The notes: generated by a model from the sequence alone, not told the origin. A DNA stretch of 64,000 nucleotides from an uncultured delta proteobacterium (GCA_963755715.1 CAVWLW010000054.1:142723-206722), one strand, 5' to 3'; shown: positions 9,130-20,020, counted from the first letter of the stretch. Made by a program: numbers and translations.

Positions 9130-9458
9130 GGTTATGCCCGCGCTTAATCATCGCAAAACGGCTGTTATCTTGTCCGTGACAAACCACGGGATTTGATTTT
9201 TGGTAAATCGCACCAAAGACCAGTTTCTTCTTCGAGTTCGCGCAAAGCTGCACTCTCCCCTCCTTAACAAAATCGCGTGGAATCCCCAGGAGTAGCCTTG
9301 GATGGCGTGCCGATATGCCAAAATTAAACCGATTTTTTTATCTCAGAGGGGAAGCCCACCGCGACACCTGTCACAAGATTGAACCTGACTTACTTGGGAG
9401 CCACCACAAGGCAATCTGAAACAGAGACTGGTCTTTCGATTTAAAAACGAGGAACCGA

Positions 9459-11030
9459 CTATTTTCGCAAGCAAGCGACGTTACGCAGAGGAATCAATAA
9501 CCAGCGATACCGAAGGGCCGAGCCGGTAGCGTACTTCCTCTCAAGCCGATGGGACACCATTTCCTTCATTTCCCGTGCTGTCTGAACTCCAAACTTCAGA
9601 GCGCTCATTTCCAGATATCCGGGATTATTAAAATAAACCTGAAACGCATGATCTCGGAAGCGAAGCACTTCCACCCCCGGCAGGTGTTTCGTTGGTAGAG
9701 GTAAAGTATCAACAGCATGTTGGGAGTAGCCGGACCATTTTTCCGGCAGCGGCCAGCCCTCTTTTAGCGCAAGACTATAAAGGTGCGAACCCGGATAGGC
9801 CATGGCAGAATAGAAGTTCGCAAACTCGCAGTTCAAATCCAGGGCGAGATCCAGCGTTGCCTGCATGCTTTCCAGATTGTCCTCAGGCAATCCGAAAATA
9901 TAATTGGCGATAACGTTGATTCCGGCGGCCCGAACCTTCTCAAGGGTTCGGAAAATCTCTTCTTGTCCAAACCCCTTGTCGACATCATCGCGCACGCGCT
10001 CACTGGCGGCCTCGATACCGAAGGCAAGCCAATTAAAGCCCGCGCGTTTGAGCTTGTCCAACATTTCTTCTTTCACCGTGTCCACTCGGGCGTAAGCCCA
10101 GATATTTAAGTCATAGCCGCGGTCAATGATGGCGTCGCAGATGCCGAGCACATGGCGCGGATTCAAGACAAACATCTCGTCGGCGATCTTGATGTTTCGC
10201 ACGCCATACTCTTCGACCAGTTTATCTATTTGCCCAATGACAGCCTGTGGACTCCAGAATCGATAGCTGTTTACGCTTTCCTTCCAGCCCGCTACTTTTT
10301 CGCCACTTTTAAAGGGCGCTTGAATGCAGCAAAAACTGCAGTGATAGGGGCACCCAAAGGTTGTATAGAGCGACGCGTAAGGTTGGCGCTCAAGATCGCC
10401 GAAACAGTGCCAGTTATGCGCGCGATATTTTTTCATCGGCAAAAGATCCCACGCCATCTCCGGCATTTCATGATCCAGATCCTTAACCAGTGGTGCCGCC
10501 GGGCTCGATCGAACCGCGCCGTCTTCTGTGTAGCAAAGGCCCCGGACTTTAGAATAATCAGCTCGACCAGATTTAAGAGCTTCCAAAAGCTCAAGAACAG
10601 TATATGGGCCCTCGCCGGAGCAGACAAAATCGGCAGCCTCTTCTTGCAACGTGCGCTCCGGCAGCGCTGCGACATGCCCGCCGACCATAAGCACCTTTCG
10701 CTCAGGGTTCATTTGCTTGAGCGCCGCGCAAATCGCACCTGCGGCGGTCATGTTTTGTGTTGAAGCTGACGGCTGATGGCCGTAAACGACGACTGCAGCC
10801 AGAAGCGGATTCATCTCAGCCACTCGCGTCGCTGTTGCTTCCGGGCTCAAGTCATCACCTTCCGCATCCAGCACAGCAACGGAAAACCCGCGCCGGCGCA
10901 CAAAGGTAGCCATCAAACTCGCCCAAACGGGAGGTTCAATGGCCGAGAGCGACGAACCCAACGACTGATAAATCTGCGTTCGGCTTCCGGGATGGATCAG
11001 CACCAAGTCTAGGTCGCGCTTAGAGTCCAT
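9459..11030 (-). CDS. Cobalamin-binding radical SAM protein (class B methyltransferase-like)
   Basis: N-terminal B12-binding region (GGHVAALP, GEG), CPYHCSFC motif, IADEMF, YARVD, FGIEAAS, IFGLPED. Confidence 0.88.
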   Translation of the reverse strand: MDSKRDLDLVLIHPGSRTQIYQSLGSSLSAIEPPVWASLMATFVRRRGFSVAVLDAEGDDLSPEATATRVAEMNPLLAAVVVYGHQPSASTQNMTAAGAICAALKQMNPERKVLMVGGHVAALPERTLQEEAADFVCSGEGPYTVLELLEALKSGRADYSKVRGLCYTEDGAVRSSPAAPLVKDLDHEMPEMAWDLLPMKKYRAHNWHCFGDLERQPYASLYTTFGCPYHCSFCCIQAPFKSGEKVAGWKESVNSYRFWSPQAVIGQIDKLVEEYGVRNIKIADEMFVLNPRHVLGICDAIIDRGYDLNIWAYARVDTVKEEMLDKLKRAGFNWLAFGIEAASERVRDDVDKGFGQEEIFRTLEKVRAAGINVIANYIFGLPEDNLESMQATLDLALDLNCEFANFYSAMAYPGSHLYSLALKEGWPLPEKWSGYSQHAVDTLPLPTKHLPGVEVLRFRDHAFQVYFNNPGYLEMSALKFGVQTAREMKEMVSHRLERKYATGSALRYRWLLIPLRNVACLRK

Positions 11031-12234
11031 GAGATCTTTCGTTGCCGGAAAGATTATTTAAGATGCTACAAAGCCGCAAAATTTTTTCGCGTTCCAGCCC
11101 CGGATAGTTGCCAATATAAAAGCCGTAAAAATGAATATGGTTCACAGCCGGATATTTCTCAAATTCTGTCTCACCCATGATTTTTTTTAGATACGGCTGT
11201 CGGAGCTGGTTGCCTCCCCCGGACGTACCGCGGCGAAATTCAACTCCATGTTGACTCAGAGTCTGCATTACGTTATCGCACAAGACTGGATCAGCACACT
11301 TGAGCACCAACGTAAAGGCGTAGTTGCAGCTTCCCTCAACGGCAAAGTCAGTCTGGTATTTTTCCGAGTCCAAATTTTTGAGAAACAGACGGAGATTTTC
11401 CGTCCTTAATTCATTGTTTTCGTCTAGTCGCTTTAATTGCGAGCGTCCGATCACTGCGCTGATTTCGGTGCTTCGCATATTGTAGCCGGGAAACGCAAAG
11501 ATAAAATACGGATTGAGGTCCGGGTGCTTCTCTGAGTAGGTTTGGCGGAGTTCTGGTGATTTGGACTCGCGCACCATGCCGTGAGACCGCAGCATGCGCA
11601 GTGTTTCATAGAGTATTTGGTCATTGGTGCATATCATTCCGCCTTCGACCGTGCTCATGTGATGGGCATAATAGAAGGAAAAATTTGACATCAGTCCGAA
11701 AGTCCCGAGCTTTCGTCCCTCAAAAGTAGCGCCGTGCGACTCGCAAGCATCTTCGATCAGGGGCACCTGGCGAGCTTGGAGTTCCGCTATCAAGTGCGCG
11801 TCCAACGCATTATATCCAAGGATATGCGTAAGGAAGACCGCTTTCGTTCGTGGCGTGATTTTATTGAGCACCTGAAGAGGGTCCATCCCGAGGGTCCGTG
11901 GATTGATATCGACGAAGACGGGCTTGAAGCCGCACTGAATTACAGATGCAATGTCGGACACCCAGGTGAGCGTGGGAACAATCACTTCGCCCAAACCATA
12001 AACTTCTCGAAGTGCTGTGATCGTTAATAGGTTCGCTGATGATCCTGAATTCACGAGGACACTGAAATCGACCCCAAGCCAACGGGACCATTCCTGCTCA
12101 AATGCTTCAACTTGACTCGACTGAGTTAGAATTGGCACCTCGGTTTGGAGGAAATCGATTACCGCCTGAGCGTCGCATGGCAGGATGTTATTGCGCATCA
12201 GAGGCCAATCTAAATTTTCTTTTGCGCACTTCAT
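11020..12234 (-). CDS. DegT/DnrJ/EryC1/StrS family PLP enzyme; His-type, ColD/RfbH-like NDP-4-keto-6-deoxy-sugar 3-dehydratase
   Basis: VNSGSSANLL, LIEDACESHGA, SFYYAHHMSTVEGG (His where aminotransferases have Lys), GYNMR. Confidence 0.8.
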   Translation of the reverse strand: MKCAKENLDWPLMRNNILPCDAQAVIDFLQTEVPILTQSSQVEAFEQEWSRWLGVDFSVLVNSGSSANLLTITALREVYGLGEVIVPTLTWVSDIASVIQCGFKPVFVDINPRTLGMDPLQVLNKITPRTKAVFLTHILGYNALDAHLIAELQARQVPLIEDACESHGATFEGRKLGTFGLMSNFSFYYAHHMSTVEGGMICTNDQILYETLRMLRSHGMVRESKSPELRQTYSEKHPDLNPYFIFAFPGYNMRSTEISAVIGRSQLKRLDENNELRTENLRLFLKNLDSEKYQTDFAVEGSCNYAFTLVLKCADPVLCDNVMQTLSQHGVEFRRGTSGGGNQLRQPYLKKIMGETEFEKYPAVNHIHFYGFYIGNYPGLEREKILRLCSILNNLSGNERSHGL

Positions 12235-12238
12235 GGGA

Positions 12239-13285
12239 TTAAAAAGGACCCCTAAACTGAATCTCTTGCAATTCCAACTTTTCTTCCGGGAGCCAACCCT
12301 TCTCGTCGCCCGTGACAAGATCATAAACAGCCGCGGCAATCGTCCTCGAGTTGGGATAATAGAGATTCTCCAATGGTGGGGTCGGTGGACAAGTCACCGG
12401 TGCAAACCCCATTCGTCGAACGAGCACCGGCCTGATTCCTTGGAGCCGTTCGACGACGAGTGCGATGATTTCCGCACTGGCTCCGCAAGTAACCCAGTCA
12501 TTATCGACGACGCATAATCGGCCAGTTTTTCGTACTGATTCGACTATCGTGTCAATATCCAGCGGACTTAACCAGATCGGATCAATCACCTCGGCTTGAA
12601 TGTCGGCGGACTCCAGATAACTGCGCGCGCGCAGGCATTCAAGCTGCATGTGAGAAATCCCGACCAGCGTTACATCCGATCCCGGCGCAGTGATGCGCGC
12701 TTTGCCGGGAGCAACGGTGTAGAGAGACTCCGGCACGGGGCCTTTTTGAAAATGTAAAATACGGTGTTCGACGTACATCACGGGGTCGTTGTCGCGAATA
12801 GCTTGAACGAGACACCCTTTGGCATCGTACGGCGTCGTCGGCGCAACTACTTTTAATCCCGGCACATGCATAAAAAAAGAGTAAAGCCCCTGGGAATGCT
12901 GCGCGCCCTGGCCCCAACTTTTGCCGATCATCGAGCGAACCACCATCGGCACCTGCACCTGACCGCCGTACATATAGCGACTCTTGGCCGCGATGTTGAT
13001 CAACTGGTTCATCGCCAGCATGAGAAAATCCATACGGATATGCACGTGGACCGGACGCAATCCGGCCAGAGCCGCGCCGATGGCCACACCCGTCATCGCA
13101 TCCTCGGATAGCGGCGTACCGAAGACGCGCTCCGACCCGTATTTTTCCAACAGTCCGCGCGTCGTACCTTGAATCGCCTTGGGATCGTCCACGTCGAGAC
13201 CAAATACGATGACCGACGGATCTCGGGCCATTTCCTGGTCGGTCGCTTCCCGGACCGCTTCGACGTAGGAGAGCTCGCGCTTCAT
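12239..13285 (-). CDS. TPP-dependent dehydrogenase E1 beta-like subunit
   Basis: ERVFGTPLSE, GQGAQHSQ, PGLKVVAP, DPVMYVEH. Confidence 0.88.
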   Translation of the reverse strand: MKRELSYVEAVREATDQEMARDPSVIVFGLDVDDPKAIQGTTRGLLEKYGSERVFGTPLSEDAMTGVAIGAALAGLRPVHVHIRMDFLMLAMNQLINIAAKSRYMYGGQVQVPMVVRSMIGKSWGQGAQHSQGLYSFFMHVPGLKVVAPTTPYDAKGCLVQAIRDNDPVMYVEHRILHFQKGPVPESLYTVAPGKARITAPGSDVTLVGISHMQLECLRARSYLESADIQAEVIDPIWLSPLDIDTIVESVRKTGRLCVVDNDWVTCGASAEIIALVVERLQGIRPVLVRRMGFAPVTCPPTPPLENLYYPNSRTIAAAVYDLVTGDEKGWLPEEKLELQEIQFRGPF

Positions 13286-13291
13286 ATACTC

Positions 13292-14232
13292 TCAGGCTTC
13301 AAAAACATCCGTATAGAGCTCGGCGGCTTGCGGAAACGGGCTGCGCTCGGCGAAAGCAAACGCGTCGCGTATCTCGGTTTCAACGGCCGCCTCAATTTCG
13401 CGCCGCCGTTGCGGGTCAAGGCGATCACCGAGCTGCTTAATCGGATCGGCTTTGATCCACGGTTCGGCCTCTTCGCGGCTGCGGTATCCGAGTTGGAAAT
13501 CGTCGTTAGGGTCCGACGTGCTCCTTCAATCGGTAGGTTAGGCACTCAAAAAAGAATGGCCCGGGCTGCCCCGAACGAAGCCTGCCCAACCGCTTCATTC
13601 ACTCTTTCATAGATGCGCACCACGTCGTTGTCCGGGATCTGTTCCGCAGGCATGCCATGGATGCGCGCTCGTTCGCATATATTATTGAGCTTTTGTCGCT
13701 GCAGTTGGTGGGTATGAATGGCGTATAAATTGTTCTCGCAAACAAAAATAATAGGAAGAGACTTGAGTGCAGCAAAGTTCAGACTTTCATGAAAGACGCC
13801 CTCATCGACGGCGCCGTCGCCAAAAACACTCACCACAACGGAATCTTTGCGTTGCAATTTTAGCGCATAAGCAAAGCCGACCGCCTGAGGGATGGTCGTG
13901 CCTACAACTGCGGATGCGCCCATCACTCGAGCCGCCACGTCGATCAAATGCATCGATCCGCCCTTGCCCTTGGCGCAACCATCGAGCTTGCCGTAAAGCT
14001 CGGCGATCATTTTTTGGAGGTCACCGCCCTTGGCCAAATACAAAGCGTGACTTCTGTAAGTTCCAAAAACGACATCGTCGCGACCAAGCGCCTCGCAGAC
14101 ACCGACCGACACAGCCTCCTGCCCTATGGACAGATGAACGGGACTCTTGATCTTGTCCGTCGGATAAACCGCGGCGATTTCCTCTTCGACCCGCCGGATC
14201 CGATACAGAGCTCTATAAAATCGCTCGATCAT
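13292..14232 (-). CDS. TPP-dependent dehydrogenase E1 alpha-like subunit; two +1 frameshifts near 13582 and 13510
   Basis: HLSIGQEA, KGKGGSMH, TPP motif GDGA...ENN; corrected frame reads PGPFFFECLTYRLKEHVGPNDDFQLGYRS...DP, stop at 13292. Confidence 0.85.
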
Positions 14233-15175
14233 CCGCTTTCCCTTTAGCATCGCCGCAGTGTTTTAGAAACCAATCATACGTCAGCATCAGTGCTGTGCGA
14301 ATAGAGGTACGCGGTTTCCAACCCATCTGCGCCAAACAGCTGGAATCCAGAAGCTTTGCCGGCATGCCGTCCGGTTTGCTTTGATCGAAGGTCAATTCGC
14401 CGGTGTAGCCTACGACGTCGCGGATCATCTCGGCGATCTCTTTAATGGACCAATCGCATCCCACACCAATGTTGATCGGCTCTTCGCCGTCGTAAACATC
14501 CATCAGAAATAAACATGCACGAGCGAGATCTTGAGAGAAGATAAATTCGCGCCGCGGCAGCCCGCTACCCCAAATTTCCACATGGGCATCGCCGCGGGTC
14601 TTTGCCTCGTGCATTCGGCGCATCAGAGCTCCGATCACGTGCGAGTCCTCAGGACTGAAATCGTCGCCCGGGCCAAAGACGTTGGCAGGAATCGCGGTAA
14701 TCATCTGCTTACCGAATTGCTGGCGGTAGGCTCGGCACAGAAAAAGGCCGGCGAGTTTGGCGACCGCGTAGGGTTCATTCGTCGGCTCCAATTTACCGGT
14801 AGTCAGATACTCGACTTTCATCGGTTGCTCGGAAAACTTCGGGTAAATGCAGGAGCTGGCAAGATAGAGCAACTTTTGAACACCGTGGCGGTGAGCGCTG
14901 TCAAGCACGTGACAATTCACCAACAAATTGTCACGCATTAAATCCGCCGGATAGCGCCGATTGGCCGCGATGCCACCCGTCCTCCCTCCGATGAGAAACA
15001 CATAACCGGGGAGGTTACGAGCAAAATACTCATCGACTTCGGCAGCATCGGCAATTTTTGGGCTGTCTTGCTCACCGAAAAGGTACTCGTAACCCGCTCG
15101 TTTGAGCTCGGCAAAAATTTCTCGTCCTACGAGGCCATCGTTGTCAGCCACGTAGATTCTTGCGCTCTTATCCAT
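14213..15175 (-). CDS. GDP-L-fucose synthase family epimerase/reductase (Fcl/ColC-like)
   Basis: GGIAAN, YLASSCIYP, LEPTNEPYAVAK, SHVIGAL, IWGSGLPRREF, KPDGMPAK. Confidence 0.88.
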   Translation of the reverse strand: MDKSARIYVADNDGLVGREIFAELKRAGYEYLFGEQDSPKIADAAEVDEYFARNLPGYVFLIGGRTGGIAANRRYPADLMRDNLLVNCHVLDSAHRHGVQKLLYLASSCIYPKFSEQPMKVEYLTTGKLEPTNEPYAVAKLAGLFLCRAYRQQFGKQMITAIPANVFGPGDDFSPEDSHVIGALMRRMHEAKTRGDAHVEIWGSGLPRREFIFSQDLARACLFLMDVYDGEEPINIGVGCDWSIKEIAEMIRDVVGYTGELTFDQSKPDGMPAKLLDSSCLAQMGWKPRTSIRTALMLTYDWFLKHCGDAKGKADDRAIL

Positions 15176-15217
15176 GCTATGGAGCGAACAAACGGAAACC
15201 CAACCGCGATTATTTTT

Positions 15218-16312
15218 TCAACTGCCGAAGTGCGATTTGTCTCGGCGGGTCGCGTCGCTAGCCGAACCTTCATCTAAACAGTCAAATTCCTCTGAAGCGC
15301 GTGCCATTTCCTCGGTGAAATACTCTTCCGCCGGATCAAAAAAGATAATCTGACTACCGGCAAATTCAAAACGGAACGGCACGTAGATCAGCTTCTTAAG
15401 ACTTTCTCTCACTACCATTTGCTTCTCCGGGGGCACAAAAAGAAGCATAAACCCTCCGCCGCCGGCGCCCAGCAACTTACCTCCTAAAGCGCCTTTCGCA
15501 ATTGCCACTGCATAAATTTCATCAACATACGTATTGGAGACCTTGGCGCTCAAGCCGCGCTTGGCGTGCCAAGCTTCGTGCAGCAACGTGCCAAACGCGG
15601 AAATATCTTGACCGCCATTCAAAATCGCAATGCTCTCGTCAACCAAGTCTTTCATGATACGCAACTGGCTCTTCTTTCCATTCAAGTCGGTAATATAACT
15701 TTCGGCAATATCGGACGCTGTACGCTCGATCCCCGAGTAAAAAAGCATAAGATGCGAATTGAGTTCTTTCAGCCGGTCGGCCGAGACGGTAACGGGTCGC
15801 ACAGAGATTTCTCCATTCTGGGCAAAGACGACATGATTAAATCCGCCGAATGCCGCCAGCACCTGATCCTGCGACCCCACGGTTTCTTTGATCAACTCTT
15901 GTTCAATGCGGATGCTCTCCAAAGCCAGTTGCCGCTTGCTGGGCATCTGGCCTTGCAAGGCGTAGAGGGCATGAAGCAATCCCACTGTGAATGAAGAGCT
16001 GGATCCCATTCCGCTGCGCGCCGGAAGATCGCCGTCATGATGAATCTCCATGCCGCGTTCGATGCCCGAAAAACGCAGGACCTCGCGAACCGCGGGATGA
16101 ACGATGTCATCGACACTTCGACAATTTTCAATACGAGAATAAACAAGGCGAATTCGATGCTTGAAAAAGGGCGGCAGATATCGACAGGTAAGATAACAAT
16201 ATTTGTCGATGGTCGTACCGAGCACCGTACCGCCATGATCGCGGTACCATATGGGATAATCGGTGCCGCCGCCAAAGAACGATATACGAAAGGGCGTTCG
16301 ACTAATGACCAT
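15218..16312 (-). CDS. hddA: D-glycero-alpha-D-manno-heptose 7-phosphate kinase (GHMP)
   Basis: RTPFRISFFGGGTD, DLPARSGMGSSSSF, GSQDQ, GGKLLGAGGGGF. Confidence 0.88.
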   Translation of the reverse strand: MVISRTPFRISFFGGGTDYPIWYRDHGGTVLGTTIDKYCYLTCRYLPPFFKHRIRLVYSRIENCRSVDDIVHPAVREVLRFSGIERGMEIHHDGDLPARSGMGSSSSFTVGLLHALYALQGQMPSKRQLALESIRIEQELIKETVGSQDQVLAAFGGFNHVVFAQNGEISVRPVTVSADRLKELNSHLMLFYSGIERTASDIAESYITDLNGKKSQLRIMKDLVDESIAILNGGQDISAFGTLLHEAWHAKRGLSAKVSNTYVDEIYAVAIAKGALGGKLLGAGGGGFMLLFVPPEKQMVVRESLKKLIYVPFRFEFAGSQIIFFDPAEEYFTEEMARASEEFDCLDEGSASDATRRDKSHFGS

Positions 16313-17580
16313 GGATGATCGTCCTTTCTGCTCCCATTAGGCACCCAATGGAAGCAGTCGCTGCAGCCAAATCATCGACGACAAAATCAGCCGCCACGGC
16401 GTTTTCAAATTGCGCGCCATAGCCTGTGCGCACGAGAAAGGTCATAGCACCCGCTCTTCGGCCCATGTCGATGTCACAATCCTTATCGCCAATCACAATG
16501 CTGCCCTCTAGATCAAAGTCCAGTTCTTTGGCCGCTTTTTCCATTAGACCCGTCCCGGGCTTGCGACAGGCGCAAACGTCGTCGGGCGTGTGAGGGCAAA
16601 CGTAGATTCCATCAAGCTTAACATTCTCTTGCTGTAACAACTGGGCAAGACGCTCATGAACGAGACCTAGTTGGGCCTGATCAAAGTACCCACGCCCGAT
16701 CCCCGATTGGTTCGTAATCATCACCAGACCGAAGCCCATTTGGTGCAGCTTACGAAGCGCAGCTCCAGCTCCTGGAATCAATGCAACCTGCTCGGGCTGT
16801 GAGAGATATTCGCGTTCCTCAATAATGGTCCCGTCCCGATCAAGAACGACAAATCGGCGTCGCGCTGAGCCATTGAGTCCAGCAAAAAAACTTTCCGCCA
16901 GCGGCAAAGTCATCGGGCGTTCCGATATCGAGAAAAGGGCCGGCACTTACGTAACCGTAAAGACCGCGACCCATCCAGCGCGGGAAAACCTCGCGTTCCA
17001 GGGAGACGTTCACACCATCCGGAATAGATCGAAGCACCTCTTGGCTCAAGAAATATATTCCTGCATTGATCCAAGCCGCCCCCGAACCCTGTTGCTTTTC
17101 AACGAATTCAATAACGCGCGCGTCGGAATCAAGCTTGACGCGACCAAATCTTTCGCTGCGCGCGACCCGTGTCAATGCCATACTTGCCGTTGCTTGGCGC
17201 TGGCGATGCCAATCCCAATAAGCTTTGATGTCGATCGCGCAGAATGAATCGCCGTTCATCACCAGCACAGGATCGGACTCAAACCGAGTGATTGCCAACT
17301 TCAATGCGCCCGCCGTGCCAAGCGGTTCTTGCTCTCGTGAATAGATAAGCCGGAGCGGTCCGTGGTTTTCCCCGAAGGTGCTTTCGATCTGGTCCCCTAA
17401 GTATCCGGTGCACAATACCACAGATCGACAGCCCGCTGCAGCGACCTGATCCAACAAATAGGTAAGAAACGGCTGCGACCGAATCTCCGCGAGCACTTTG
17501 GGACGATCCGCGACAACCGAACGCAGACGCGTGCCGAGCCCGCCCGCCAGTAAAGCTACCGACACATTCGAAAGTTCCAT
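16302..17580 (-). CDS. Probable fused heptose-1-phosphate guanylyltransferase (HddC) + heptose-1,7-bisphosphate phosphatase (GmhB); +1 frameshift near 16898
   Basis: LAGGLGTRL..PK, EPLGTAG, MNGDS, FLDIGTP; removing one G gives DDFAAAESFFAGLNGSARRRFVVLDRDGT; TNQSG, CPH, CACRKP, IGDK. Confidence 0.8.
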
Positions 17581-17621
17581 CGGCAATGTGACTTTTTGAC
17601 CATGGCAGACACGCAACAGCG

Positions 17622-18560
17622 TTAAGCGTTCTTGAACGGTCCGCATCCGATCATGCGGTAGCCTTTCAATAATTCTTGAATTCCCTCTTCCAGCGAGCGT
17701 CTCGCCTCAAATCCCGCTTCCCGCAAGCGCTGGTTGGACACGATATAATTACGTTTGTCCGGATCTGAGCCGACCTCGGAAAAATGGACGAAAAAATTGG
17801 GCACGAATTCTTTAATTTTTAGCGCAAGCTCTTCTTTGGAGAGGTTGGCGGCGTCAAGACCGACGTTATAAGGTCTGCCTGTCATTTGTTTGGAATTCTC
17901 CATGCAATGAACAAAACAATCGGCGACATCGCGGATATGAATGTAATTTCGCTTGAAGTCTTTCTCAAAAATCACGATATATCCGTCGGTCACCGCGGTA
18001 TAGACAAAGTGGTTCACTAAAAGATCGAGTCGCATGCGTGGCGACATGCCGAAGACTGTGGCGAGCCGCAGCGTAACCGTATTCGGGCTCTCTAACAATT
18101 CTTGCTCCGCTTGAGATTTCGTTTGGCCGTACAGCGATATCGGCTCTAAAGGCGTTTCCTCGGTACAGAAAACGTCGCCGGTTTGAGTGCCATAGCCGCT
18201 GTTGGTTGTCGGATATACCACAAGCTGTCGAGGACTGCGCACTCTGTTTATAAGTCGAATTGCGTCCAAATTAACTGACCGCGCGAACGCTGGGTCGCGG
18301 TCACACGCCGGCGCCCCCACGACTGCAGCCAGGGGAACCACCACATCGGCTTGAGCAATCAACCGTTGCATCAGTTGCTCGTCGCGCGCGTCTCCGTAAA
18401 AGAAATCAAAGCGAGGATTCGCGCATAGGTGAAAAAGGCTGTTTTGCCGATAAATCAAACTGTCGACGACAGTGACGTGCGATCCCATCTCAAGCAGCCG
18501 ATCGCATAGGACCGACCCCAGATAACCCGCTCCTCCAGTGACGAGCACCCGCGTAATCAT
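17622..18560 (-). CDS. NAD-dependent sugar epimerase/dehydratase (extended SDR)
   Basis: VTGGAGYLGS, YGQTK (YxxxK), RLATVFGMSPRMRLDLLVN. Confidence 0.88.
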   Translation of the reverse strand: MITRVLVTGGAGYLGSVLCDRLLEMGSHVTVVDSLIYRQNSLFHLCANPRFDFFYGDARDEQLMQRLIAQADVVVPLAAVVGAPACDRDPAFARSVNLDAIRLINRVRSPRQLVVYPTTNSGYGTQTGDVFCTEETPLEPISLYGQTKSQAEQELLESPNTVTLRLATVFGMSPRMRLDLLVNHFVYTAVTDGYIVIFEKDFKRNYIHIRDVADCFVHCMENSKQMTGRPYNVGLDAANLSKEELALKIKEFVPNFFVHFSEVGSDPDKRNYIVSNQRLREAGFEARRSLEEGIQELLKGYRMIGCGPFKNA

Positions 18561-19080
18561 AATAGAGTCAAAATCAGACTAATAACCACAACATCTATAA
18601 CATACAAGAAAATCGAGCGTAGGGTGGAGAAGCCAGAAAAGTGTTAGCATCGTCGGGAGGAAAACCGCTGGTACTAAGAGCAACTGCACGAGATTTGAAA
18701 AGAACCGATGTAATGAAGAGGAATACTCGAATCGGCAGCTAACCTTTCTTATAAGATTACCCTTATTGATGAGTGCCGGGTAGGCATCGGTAACCCTGCT
18801 GCAAAGAAGGTCCACGTTTCGAATTCCGACCAAAAGAAACATATGCGAAAATCGAATATGTTGGGCGCATGTCATGCCAAGAATATTGGTCTATCGAGGT
18901 TGGCAATGACGTAATCAGGTGTATATTGACGCGTTGCTGAGTGAAAGAGACTGCCCTGGCTTAAAATTTTTGCGGATTTCTCATTGGGGACTATCTTTCA
19001 CTCAATAAAACAAGTATGCCTTTTCTTTAGCATAACCTGCTGCAGTTCGTCTAGCGACGACGTCATTGGGAGCTACGTCT

Positions 19081-20020
19081 ATGAACATCTCGTTGCGTTT
19101 CACGATTATCATCCCGACAAAAAATCGACGCCAAATACTAGGGCAACTCTTGGGCAGTATCGGTGCGCTTAATGATATAGACAGGATTCTTCCGGAAATT
19201 ATCGTGGCCGATAATAACTCGGATGACGATACTTGGGAATGCGTCAACTCGATGGCAAAACATTTTCCAACGACGCTCCGGAGCTTAAAGATCGTACGGG
19301 CGGGAAAGTCTGCAGCTATTAATGAAGCCGTAAAAACATCGACAGGTAACGTTCTCGCATTTTTAGATGACGACGTGGTCGTTGAGAAGGCTTGGCTGGT
19401 TGCGGTTAGAGAGTTTTTTCAAGAGGATAATCGTCAGGTCGGGCAGGGATTCATCGGGCTTCAATCGACTCCCAACGATCCAGAAATCTTAAAATTAGTA
19501 GAAATTTATCGCACGATTCCTAGACTCGAGTACAATCCGAACGTCGGAAACACTGCATTCATTGAACGGCGCTAATTTTTTCATGTCTCGGGAGCTTTTC
19601 AATCGGGTGGGGGGCTTTGACGAGCGGCTCGGCCCAGGGGCTTCAGGCACATCGGAGGATGTTGACCTCGCCCGGCGGCTGATTCGCTCTGGGGTTTCTA
19701 TCAGCTACGCGCCCAAAGCTGTGGTTTATCATCGCATCGATCGCGACCGGCTGACCGAAGCGTACTTTAAGCAGAGTCATCGGCGCCAAGGGGTGAGCCG
19801 ATTCTTGATCCGAAAACAAGGTGGGGCAGAAATACTCTTTAATCTCTTGCGGGTTGCCACCCAGTACGGCTATTACACGTTGCTTGGACAGGAGCGAAAC
19901 CGCTACCGCAGCAAAGGGCGGATTTATCATTACTTAGGTATGATCGAAGCCAAGAAAAATGATTCTACGCTAGCTGGCACAAAAGAAGACTTGCGGACTC
20001 GGTCTCCTCACCTCACTTAA
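19081..20020 (+). CDS. Glycosyltransferase family 2; +1 frameshift near 19545
   Basis: IIIPTKNR, VADNNSDD, AFLDDD; second part GANF, VGGFDERLG, SEDVDL. Confidence 0.82.

Noticed and set aside
12239-14232. Central-metabolism pyruvate dehydrogenase
   Set aside because: No E2/E3 genes; the pair is embedded in a nucleotide-sugar operon.
18579-18875. 98-aa minus-strand ORF and a weak sigma54-like motif (TTGGCATGACATGCGC, ~18866-18880)
   Set aside because: The ORF has no motifs and lies in a divergent promoter region; the motif has a poor -12 element.
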